Assembly: GCA_010015805.1 (NCBI GenBank)
Contig: ML978129.1
Span: 1-64,000, forward strand
DNA: 64,000 nt
DNA from: Rhizodiscina lignyota
Taxonomy: Eukaryota
Direction: 5' to 3'
Made by a program: the position numbers and the translations under genes. This document shows positions 13,650 to 24,199 of this stretch, piece after piece. Positions within the stretch are counted from its first letter, which is position 1, and every line of letters starts with the position of its first letter. Below the pieces are notes generated by a model, which saw nothing but the letters and a program-made list of their open reading frames with translations, had not been told where the DNA came from and did not search any database.

Positions 13650-14698
13650 ATCCTTCACGCTCCCACTCTCTACTGCTGCTGGTGTACTGCCCTGCCCTCC
13701 TCTCGCCGGCGCCTTGTCCCCCTCAACTCCCGCGCCTCCAGCGTAGCTGTCGTCTGACGACTGTATGGTGCTGCGTTCTCAGTGATTCGTTGCTGGGTGC
13801 GGCGATGAGGGTGATTCGGCGCGATCGCAATCGATTCTCTTCGTCGCTGTGGCTCTCCGGCGTGGGTCAGAGTTGGTGGAGAGCGGTGATGCGCAGATTC
13901 AGTGGAAGTGTTTCCAGACCATGAGCCGAAGCGGGTCCCCTGCTCCTATGAGGCCATGGCGCTGTGATTGCTGGGTGTGTCGCAAAGTTTGTGAGTAGGC
14001 GTGAATAGGGCGGCGCGGCGCTACCGGTGTGCGCGCAACGTGTCACGCGTAGCGTGAGGAAGGGAGTGTTTGGTAGTGGTGGTGTTCGGCTTTCGAGCTG
14101 CGGGAAGACGGGGAGTTGGCAGCGCGCGGCGAGAGCAGGCAGCGCAGTGAGGTTCGAGATGGCCGCCTTCTTGGCGCCCACCACGTGCGTCCGAAAGCAG
14201 ACATGCGCCCGGCGGAAGAGGCCTGCGCAGAGCAGAGAACAAAGAAAACGCGCCACGAGGCCTGCCGTTTCCTTCACACACACATTGGCCACGTTCCTGC
14301 AGAACAGCACAATGGACACAATGTTTCCAGAAATACATCCATTGTCCTGCAGAGAGCATTGCGGTTGGGGGCGTTCCGCTAAGCCTATTCGGGGCGCCTT
14401 GCTGTATCACCTTCACGGCGGCAGACGCCAATTTGGATTCGTAGAAAGAGCATGGATACATATAGCGGAGGAGCAATCTAACTACGCTCACACACTCGTT
14501 AACGTCCATTCAAGCTCAGCAGCGAACGCGTGGAGTAGCTTAAGGGAAAGATGTATCCAGCTTCTTTGGAGTGCATATGATTTGGCCGCAGGGGAGGCTG
14601 TAACGCTTATGGAGAAACAGCGCTTGCTCTTCAGGATAAGTTAGACAATGTCTGAAAGTTTAGTTCTACGTTCTTTCGACTGTCTACACCCTAGTTGT

Positions 14699-15628
14699 TC
14701 AGTGTCCTGAAAGCTTGCCAACGTCGATCGGCGTCTTCTGTCCATATTCATCGTACAGCGCCGCAACTTTCATATACACACTGTCCTTCTTCAGCTTATG
14801 CGGATTGATCGCACCCGGTCCAACTGGATGAACCCATTTCGTAAGGTCGTCATTCTCACCCGCAACGACGTCCTCTTCCGTTCCTTTAGCCGGCCCCCAG
14901 TCAAACGCTTCCTGATTCTCAAGTCGCACAATATCGTACCCCTCTCCGGCTTCATACAGGAGACGTGCATGGATGCGGTCCTCATGGTCATCGGTGATGA
15001 AGTTCGCGTCATGCAGCTTGGCCACTAGCTCCACGAGATCCCAAGTCAGGGTGTAGAACTGGCCCCCGGGCCAACGGTAGCCTGTCTCCCATAGACTTTG
15101 ATCATTGACATCGGAGTTGACCAGTTGGCGTGCGATGAATGTTCGCTCGGCATCCCAGAGCGGTATGAGAAAGGTCTGGATGAAGTTCGGCACATCGATC
15201 CAGGAGTCGTCATCGGTTTTGCTGACGAATTTGAACTGTTGGCCCTCGCGAATAAGCCTCTTGTACAGCTCAACTGATTTGATGGTCTTGTTTGGTCCCG
15301 GCTCCTCCACCAAATGCTCGTGGACGATGATGTCGCCGTACGTCGCGTTCTCGTGCTCGATCAGAGGCCAGTATACATTAGTTGGATTGTTGAGAACGAA
15401 AATTGTCTTGATTCCGTAGTCTTTGTATAGTGTGTGCCAGGTTGTACGGATCATGTTCCTCCTTCTCTGTTCTTTGGCCATGCTCATGGTCGCGATGAGC
15501 CAGAACGGCTTCGCAGCTCGCTCATAGGGCATGAGGCCATCATATTCGAATCGATAGATGAAGGATAGAAGCAGGAAGAAAAGGCCTACAGCGGCTACAA
15601 CCCGTAAGAGAGGTTTCAGCGCCGGCAT
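14699..15628 (-). CDS. Glycosyltransferase family 31 (beta-1,3-galactosyltransferase-like), type II membrane protein
   Basis: N-terminal TM segment. RRNMIRTTW, EHENATYGDII, KTDDDSW (DxD), GGQFY and HEDR motifs. Start taken at MPALK. Confidence 0.82.
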   Translation of the reverse strand: MPALKPLLRVVAAVGLFFLLLSFIYRFEYDGLMPYERAAKPFWLIATMSMAKEQRRRNMIRTTWHTLYKDYGIKTIFVLNNPTNVYWPLIEHENATYGDIIVHEHLVEEPGPNKTIKSVELYKRLIREGQQFKFVSKTDDDSWIDVPNFIQTFLIPLWDAERTFIARQLVNSDVNDQSLWETGYRWPGGQFYTLTWDLVELVAKLHDANFITDDHEDRIHARLLYEAGEGYDIVRLENQEAFDWGPAKGTEEDVVAGENDDLTKWVHPVGPGAINPHKLKKDSVYMKVAALYDEYGQKTPIDVGKLSGH

Positions 15629-16535
15629 CGTAAAGTCGTTGAGCGGTGCGCGCAGCGGTGGATATTGCTGCAACCGTCGCGAAATCTCCTCTCGCCATCG
15701 ACCCATTGTGTACCAAGTTAAGGGGGAGTACCTGTTAGATTAGAAAATGATGTCCAAAAACAAGGTATTTGCGGAATTTGCATCCTTGCTACAGAAATGT
15801 AGGCAGCGACCCCGATTCTCACTTTAAGCAAAAGCGAATGGGCGAAGGAGCACTGTAGTATCCCAGGGGGGTACATTTGGGTGGGGTTGTACCGAATTTT
15901 GGGTGGAATAGGTCCCTAAGACTAGTTGAGCTCTGGGTGGCACTCCTCTGTCCCTTTCGGGACACCAGCTGCTTCCGTAAAATAAGATAGAGTGAGGCCA
16001 ATGACCCTTCCACTTTTGCAAAGAAGGTCAACCTATTCGTAATTACCAATTACCGCTTACCCAACTTCTAGGTTACTGAACAGTTAACCATCAGATGAAG
16101 GGAAATGAGGAAGAGGGGGAGGCGCGGTAGATGTCGCCCGAAATCAAAGAAAAGCCTGGCGTTTGCTGGGTGCCACTTCCGCTTCCAAAGCACAAGCCAA
16201 CGTTGCGACTCCTCTCAACTAAATGGTGTTAATGAGCTCAACAACCGCGATGGAGAAGGATAAAATATGTACTCCCTTAAATGGGCATTGCGACCGACCC
16301 CGGCAACGGGAGCGTTCTCAGGTGAGATGGCAGCCACGGAATGTCACCACAAGAAAGGCATTAAGAATCTCGGCCGGCCCGTGGATGATAAGCTCACCAA
16401 GTATAAGACGAGACGCGAAAGAGCAAGAGTATTGGCATGAGTGACATTCCACAGCACCTTATTTCTGATGATTCCACATTCACTTCTTCTCTCCTTTTGC
16501 AGCCTACGTCAAAGGCCGCTGGCAGCATACGGAAA

Positions 16536-17742
16536 ATGTTACTGCAAAATTATCGATTCCGCCTAACTCTCCTTATCCCGCTTGTCGTCCTGATAGTTCT
16601 GCTTTGTCTTGTATTCAACTCTCGCGAGCACTGGCAATTGCGATCCTCCTACGTGCCGTAAGTCTTCACTGTGTTATGACGCACTCCAATACTGACAGTC
16701 CAACAGGACTACTTTCTTTACTTCAGCGGTTGACGAGCCAAAAATCAAGGACTTTGGAGACGAGATACGCCATTTGTTTGCTCCCGTCCTCCATGACTAC
16801 ACCTCGCCGTTGATACTTGACGATGGGAAAATATACCGAATCGATGACGACCCGATCTGGACCAAACCTTTCGGAAAGCGGCTCTGCATCGTCGACGTCG
16901 ACACGCGATCGATGAACAAGACAAACGAACCCTGGAACACCGCTGGGGCATTCAACTGGCACAACATCGAGACCTCAGCAGGGGTTCTAAATCACTATTT
17001 GTACTGTACGACAAGATGCGACCTGACATAATGCATGTAACCACCTGCTAATGGCACTGTAGCCAAGATCCACGGTTACGACTACAAGTTCATACACACC
17101 ACCCCATATCCCGACCGCGATACTCCCTGGTCGCGCATCCCAGCTCTCTCATCCCTCCTCAAAGAGTATGACTTGGTTGTTTCCGTCGACATCGATGTCA
17201 TCTTTCCACAGCTCCACATCCCTTATGAATGGCTCCTCAACATTTGGGGCGTTACCGCGGATACTGCCATTGCACTACCTACCGAACCCTTCATGAAAGG
17301 CTGGAATGGGAGCAAAGACCGCAAAGGTCGCCGGAACGACAATGCAGGATTCATGACTCTACAGAAGGTCCCAAGAGTACAAGAAATGCTGAAGAAGTGG
17401 GTGGATTGCCCAGTCAAGAGGAAAGCTTGCGCGCATTTCAAGCACCGATGGCCTGCTGAGCAGGGTGCGTTCAACGAATTCATCCGCTACGAATACTGGG
17501 ACATAATAAGAGAGATTCCATGCGATGACGCACTTGGGTATCCGGGAATGAACAGCAACTGTCACGGTAGATTGGTCAGCCACTACACGTTGGCCAAAAA
17601 GCATGTAAAGGAAGCGGCGCAGACGGCGTTGGCGTACGGTGTCATGCAGCAGCTGCAGCTTGACCTGCAGAGTCGCACTTCGGAGCTGAAAATCGAGAGG
17701 TTGAAGTTCGGCTTGGATGCGGAGCCCGAACCGACATCATAG
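16536..17742 (+). CDS. Glycosyltransferase family 34-like (GMA12/MNN10 galactosyl/mannosyltransferase)
   Basis: TM-anchor exon (MLLQNYRFRLTLL...), introns near 16658-16727 and 17006-17061. GVLNHYLY-AKIHGYDYKF, DID (DxD), NAGF and WPAEQGAF motifs. Confidence 0.8.
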
Positions 17743-18298
17743 CACTGTACATATAGCGATATCCAGGCGTCTGGTTGTCCATAGAGCGGAGGACAGACTC
17801 AGGTTTGGCTGTCCATGCGATATCCGAGATCCAGTTTGACCACAAGTCTCATGCAAGCAGTACATCGAGTGGAACGCAGCCAATGTGATACATCGGCGCA
17901 GCAACTCCGACACCAAGACCGAGCACTTTCCCCAACCAAGAGCAGCTAGTGCGGCAATAATGCAATAATAATTAAGCGATAAAAGTAGCTCCCGTCCCGC
18001 TCGACTGATTCGGCAGCTGCAGCACGCTGTTACAGGCGCCGCGACGCAGAAGATGGTGTGGAGGGTTCGCTCTTGAACTAGATAGCGGACGCCTCCTGCT
18101 TTCCTGATAGATCATCGCAGGGCCTCACGCTCCTGAGTAATGGCCTTCCCTCCTCTTCCCGTCCTTGTATAGTCCTCTCCTTCTCAAATACGTCCCCTCG
18201 TAAAGCCTCCGAACGCTGGCCTGAGCCCACGCCCCAGAAGGAGCTTAGATCGCGACCAGCCAATCGCGTGCGGCCACCAGCACAGCTGACCGCGCTTA

Positions 18299-20375
18299 AT
18301 GGTCCCTCGGAATGCGCTCCAACCACCGCCTGCATCATGGACCGCACGACAGCGAAACGGCGAGCGCGACGATTCTACGCACTCGAAGCGTTCACATCAG
18401 CACTCGACGCAGTCGAACGAAGCGGATGACGAGCGGAGCAGCTTCTCCTTCCGCTCAGACATGGGTCCGAATGCAGGGCGCGGCGGCCCGCAGTATGAAG
18501 GCGAGGACACGCGGTTGACGAGCAAGAAGGAGCTGAGCGGATTTTATATGTATGGATGGGCTGCTGAGGTAGGGAGCTTCCTCTATTTGGTGTTGGAGCT
18601 GGCAGCTAACTGGGAACGCAGGTCTTCGTAGTATGTGGAATGGGTTGGTCGTCCCATCGCAGAGCTTCAACAGCTTCAACAGCTTCGCCCGCTGACATCC
18701 GACCTCAGGCTCCTTCATACCCATTACCCTCGAACAGCTAGCACGAGAGCGCGGCGTTCTACAGAATGACCACAGCAGACCTTGTAGCGCGAGCTTCCAA
18801 GTGCCCGAGCCACCGTTCAACACATCACAAAGCTATATGCCAACGGCGAAGGATGCGGAACAATGCGTCGTATATGTGCTTGGAGCAGAGATCAACACGG
18901 CGAGCTTCGCCATGTATACATTCTCGATCAGTGTGCTAATCCAGACGCTTCTGATCCTGTCCATGTCCGCGGCCGCAGACCACGGGAGGTATCGAAAGAC
19001 TCTCCTCGTGATATTTGCGTTCATTGGATCCATTACCACGATGCTCTTCCTCCCAGTCGTCCCGAAGGTATTCCTTCTGGGCGCCTTGTTCGCCATCATT
19101 GCAAATACCTGCTTTGGCGCATCATTCGTCCTGCTGAATTCTTTCCTACCACTTCTCGTCCGATACCATCCAGATATCCAATACCCTAGCCCAGCAAGCT
19201 CTGGCGAACCGCAGCTTATCGAAGGAGACGAAGAGTCTAGTGCCGACCCCACTACCGCGCTTCTTCCTTCCTCTGATGCAGATGGCACGCCTACAAGCAA
19301 CTCCCGAAGAGCCACGATTTCCCAAGAGCTCCGCCTATCGACCAAAATCTCCGCAAATGGCATTGGAATCGGCTATATCGCCGCAATAATCGTGCAAGTC
19401 CTCGCCATCGTAATCGTCCTCGCCCTCAAATCGTCCTCAACTTTCTCCCTCCGCCTCGTTCTCTTCGTCATCGGCGCGTGGTGGTTCGCTTTCACCATCC
19501 CCGCCGCGTTCTGGTTACGTCCTCGGCCCGGCCCGCCACTAAAGTTCGCCGGAGACGAAGGCAAGACGCGCACGTGCATGGCATATCTATCGTACAGCTG
19601 GAAGAGCTTGGGGAAGACGATCATGCACGCGCGCAGCTTGAAGGACGTCCTACTCTTTCTCGGCGCGTGGTTCATGATAAGCGATAGTATTGCCACGGTG
19701 TCCGGTACGGCGATCCTTTTCGCGAAAACTTCGCTGCGCATGGAGCCAGCCGCGCTCGCGCTCATCAACGTCATCGCCACGACCTCGGGCGTCGTGGGTG
19801 CGTTCACCTGGTCCCGCGTCTCGGTGATTATGGGCCTGAAGCCATCGCAAACGATCCTCGCATGTATTTGCTTATTCGAAATAATTCCAATCTACGGTCT
19901 GCTCGGCTACATCCCCGCCGTGCAGCGCTGGGGCGTTCTCGGCCTGCAACAGCAGTGGGAGATGTACCCCCTCGGCGCGGTCTACGGCTTCGTTTTGGGC
20001 GGGCTGAGTAGTTACTGCCGGAGTCTTTATGGTGAGCTCATCCCCGAGGGCTTTGAAGCGGCGTTCTATGCATTGTACGCGATTACGGATAAGGGGAGTT
20101 CCATTTTTGGGCCCGCGATTGTGGGCGCCATCACGGATGCGACGGGCGAGATTAGACCGGCATTTTGGTTCCTGGCGGTGCTCGTGGGATTGCCGTTTCC
20201 GCTCATGTGGTTTGTAAATGTGGAGAGGGGGAAGAGGGAGGGCGGGAAGTTGGCGAGGGAGTTGAGTAAAAGTACCGTTGCTGGTACAGACGGTAGTTAT
20301 GGTACTATGGATCACAGCCGTGGAGAAGTTGGAGATGAAGAAAGTGCATTGGTGGATGAGGAGGATGTACGATAG
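18299..20375 (+). CDS. ATG22: Vacuolar amino-acid effluxer Atg22 (MFS)
   Basis: [25 protein letters not shown] exon, 22-nt micro-exon 18622-18643 (VFVVCGMG), then [25 protein letters not shown] and YAITDKGSS. Confidence 0.92.
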
Positions 20376-20589
20376 CATGGCAAAAACATCGACTTGTACT
20401 GGAATCTATTCTTGTTCGAACAACATTAGTATACATATACAGTGGAGAAACTACCTTAACCGTACGCCGGATCAAACACACCCTGTCAGTTGTCGGTAAA
20501 ATCGATCTCTGCTACCTTTCGTTTCACACCTCGAGTGGTCCCAGCGGCTCGATGAGGATCATTCGATGGGCCACCGGTACCTGATTGCT

Positions 20590-21108
20590 CTAATCCGGAA
20601 GAGGAAAATACTTCGTGATAAGTGCGATCCAGCTCCTCGAGCGCGCTTTTAGGATCTTTGCCACAAGCTCCCCAAGGAACAGATCAGAGCCCTTCCCTAG
20701 GAAGTGCCCCAAGCCGTCTGGAAATACTTTAGCGTAGTGCGCATCCAGTTGGTGGATCAGCCTGTTCCCTTCTTCTAATCGCCGCTTCCACTCGCTTGCC
20801 ACCTTCTGGCCAAATCTATTCCACTCCCAGACACTCCAAGTGTGGGCCGGGGTGTCCTTATTAATATCCTTCTCTTCGATATGGCTCAGAATCTCTTGGA
20901 TGTGAGCACGACGGCTGGCTTCATTCCCATCTTTCCGAAAGTGAATTTCTCTTTCTGTCGGGTCGAGGAGCCAGCGGTCAAGAGCACAGCAGTCCTTGCA
21001 ACCGCAGCCAGAGAGTGGGTATTCCAGCGTATTCTTGAGGTTATACACTGGCTTCACACCTATGTAGCGGACCGCATATGCCAAGAGTATCCTTTGCAAC
21101 ATTGTCAT
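20590..21108 (-). pseudogene. Isolated C-terminal fragment of a fungal 2OG-Fe(II) oxygenase-family protein
   Basis: CGCKDCCALDRWLLDP...RRAHIQEIL...PAHT resembles, from memory, the Cys-containing C-terminal region of the family at 24060-25587. No catalytic domain precedes it. Confidence 0.5.
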
Positions 21109-21717
21109 AGGCCAGCGACAAATGCTGAGGCATGAGATGCACTGAGAGTAGATGACGGACGTACGTGTCGCGACGCGTCGCGCTGCTATCACGCTAAAAG
21201 CGCCAATCGACGGTTATCGTAAGCTTAATCTAAGATATATTTAGAAATGGCGAAACTCTAAGGAAGACAGTTGTGGACGGTTAAAGCTGACGCGTTATTC
21301 GTTAAAGAAGATGCTTTGGCTCTTGTAGGTAGCCTGTCCTTGGGCGACTTTCAAATGGAGCACATAGTAGCTGAGTGTCGAAGCCTCGGCAAGGTTATGC
21401 AAGAGAACTGCTCTGAAGTCTTCCTCGAGGCCTCTCGGAGGGCTACTCCACGAAGCAGGATAATGAGATGCCTATGTCGACGACCCTAGGGTATCACTTG
21501 CCCAAAATTCGAATGGACTGCCTACTTGTAGCGTTGAAGGATCGCTTATATCTGATTTTCCTGTTCCTGTTCCCGGACGACTACCTCTGTCACGTTGTTG
21601 GAGGGACTGCTCATCCGCGACGTTGGATCCACTACTGCTTCCAAAGTCACCATCCGAGCTCATCGGCATGGCCATTTTGATGGACGCGAGAGGTCTTTAC
21701 CCGCCCCTGTGATTGAT

Positions 21718-22536
21718 TCAGCCAGATTCAAGAATATATTTTGCGAAGTATTTCATGTCGAATGTCGAATAGCCGCTTAATTTCCGATCCCGCAAATATG
21801 CGAGAACTTCCTCGAATGAGTTAAATGCTATCGCACCAGTTTCAATCGCATGACAAATCGCAAGCATCACTGGGCAAATCCCAGTGTAGTTATCGGGAAC
21901 TATAAACATCCGAGTAACGATATTGTCGAGAAGATCATCTCTAGAATAGTATGTCAGTAGCATCTAGTAATATGATGTTGGAGAAAGGAAATTTGAGAAA
22001 CAAACCTTTTGCCTTTGGTAAACATTAATGTGTAAATCGCACCTAGGCGCATTTCTCCCTCTTGATTATTCATCATCCCAATCTCAATGTCTCCCCAGTG
22101 CAAGCAGTGCGATTCTGGATGGCCATGGGATACTGCGAAATCTCCAACCCGGCAACATGTAGATGTCATGATGGAAACTGCTAACGAATCCCTGATTGCA
22201 AACCCTCAGTTGCGTGATCCTTCAAGTACCTCGCGAAAGATCTGTATGTTCATCTCGTGGACAGTCTTAGAACCGATCCATTATGCTTCTCGAGTCGGTC
22301 TCCGAGTTATCATCTCTTTCGCAACAAGGTTGAACAGCACCTGCTAAAGACTCGTATGTTCTTGTTCTGTCAGGGAGAAACTGGAATAATCAAATATCTC
22401 TTGTGCTATGACATAATGCAAACCATTCCGCATATGTGAATATGACGGCTGAGGTTTTTTTGCCTTGTCCCACATCAAATTGGGAAAGTCAGTTAGAAAA
22501 TTGCGAATGTCTAGCATCGTCGCCGGAAGGAAAAGG
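21718..22536 (-). pseudogene. Degenerate tyrosine-recombinase-like gene (DUF3435/Crypton-like relic)
   Basis: One frame with three stops (22344, 22281, 22206) reads ...FDYSSFSLTEQEHTSL*QVLFNLVAKEMITRRPTREA*WIG...GSRN*GFAIRDSLAVSIMTSTCCRVGD...CLHWGDIEI...TLMFTKGK. A canonical intron at 21941-22005 follows, then RDDLL...ICPVMLAICHAIETG. Confidence 0.55.
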
Positions 22537-23615
22537 CTAAGGACTGTTAGAATACGAAATAGAATATAAAAGAAGTATACGAACTCTTGGTTTAGCCTTA
22601 TTTTCCGGTAATTACGAAAGATATTTGTCCATTTGTATCTTGCCGTAATTATAGATTTAGAACCTTGGAGATTGATGAGGCATTTCGCTCTTTGCTCTAT
22701 ATAGTTTCTGGCCTCGACTGTCGAACGAATCTCACATCAAATCGTTGAATATAGTGAGCATTCTCGAAAAGGCTTAGAAAGCTTGTGAATTAAAGGATTG
22801 AGAGGGCCGGGGGAGGAGAGGGCTCCCTGACCGATTATATACACTAAAATAAGGAGAAGGGCCTCGGAAATTAGGACTCCGAAGCCTAAGGCGACTCCGA
22901 GCCGTGCCAGTTGACTGACTCGTTCAACGTCGACCGAATCTAGTACATTCACAGCAGCGACCATTCGAGCACCTAGCTTTGCATATTTGGGTGGTACGAC
23001 ATTGGATATGGTGCTATCGGTATTGTATCTCGCCATTATCGTAGGAAAACTTGATGAGAAAGAAGTGACAGAAAATGGGATCGGTGATGGACTAAGGTTG
23101 AGCGCTTAGTGTCAGTGCCGACATGTCTCTGTCGAGAGAAGGTCGTTGTAGTGGCCGCGCGAAACCAAGGCAGCTGAGATCGAGGACGTAGTGGCAAAGT
23201 GATTGAGATGAGGTGGACAACCACACGTACGACTAAGAAGAAAGACTGCCGCCAGAGAGAGGAGAAATGACCGCACAGAAGAGAGATGGTGGTGAAACTG
23301 AGAGGTGGCGGATCCGAGTGGTGGGAAGGAAGGAGCGCTCGACATGTCACAAGAGGCGCCCCAGCACCACGTCTCGCCGAGATATGGATACCATTATCCA
23401 AGACTGTAAACGTTAATAGTCTGGTGAATCTCATGTCTTCAATCCTCTTAAATTCTACGAACCAGGCTGAGACGAAGTTGCGAGTCCTCGAACCCACGAA
23501 TCCGAACGAGGTTACGTGCGTCGAACTCGCGAGTTGCAACATATTAAGACGCGCGTATACCAAGACGACTGCCATGATGGTGCGCATCTATCTTGACATG
23601 TCCTGGTAGGTCGTA

Positions 23616-24199
23616 ATGAGTGTGGAAGTGTACGAGCTTGCTGTCGGGATGGAAGAGCTGACTGACCTGTTTAGTATGTTCGACGACGCCGCTGGATCTA
23701 ATGCTACTGTTAAAGCCGGCGAGCGTACGTTCAAGTTGCATGAGAACATTCTCTCCTGTCACTCAGAATTCTTCAGGAACGCATTTAACAATGGACTCAA
23801 GGTACGAAGCCGTATGAAGACAATCAACTCGCTTTGTCTAATAATACGAAGGAGAGCACGTCGAACGAGGTCATCCTGTTCGACTGTAACGAGCAAGTCG
23901 CTCATGCTATGCTTCTCACCTTCTATAAAGGCACTTACGCCATACCTGCGGGGTCTAACAATATTAGCATTTCACAGATTGGCTTTCATGCTGCAGTCGC
24001 TGCACTTGCTTGCCGTTACCAAGTCAAAATCGCAGAGAACATTGCAATGATGAATATCGAAGTTTTAGTTCGTCTCGTTCCTCTTCACTATCGTTATCAT
24101 CATCTTCCTTGTCTCGAGAGTCATAGTCGTCCTCGCAGCCTGAACTTGGCTCGCATTCCCCAAAAGTTTCGCGTTCGACGTTTGCGAGAAAAAAGCTAA
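23616..24199 (+). pseudogene. BTB/POZ-domain protein, C-terminally truncated or fused
   Basis: SNATVKAGERTFKLHENILSCHSEFFRNAFNNGLK, an intron (~23802-23851), then ESTSNEVIL...FY...RYQV. After ~24060 the frame runs into the antisense of the oxygenase gene. Confidence 0.7.

Noticed and set aside
13700..14650. ORFs of 150-205 aa upstream of med14
   Set aside because: Low-complexity Arg/Ala-rich translations on both strands, consistent with non-coding GC-rich DNA.
18662..18686. AGCTTCAAC tandem repeat
   Set aside because: Short microsatellite-like slip inside an atg22 intron.
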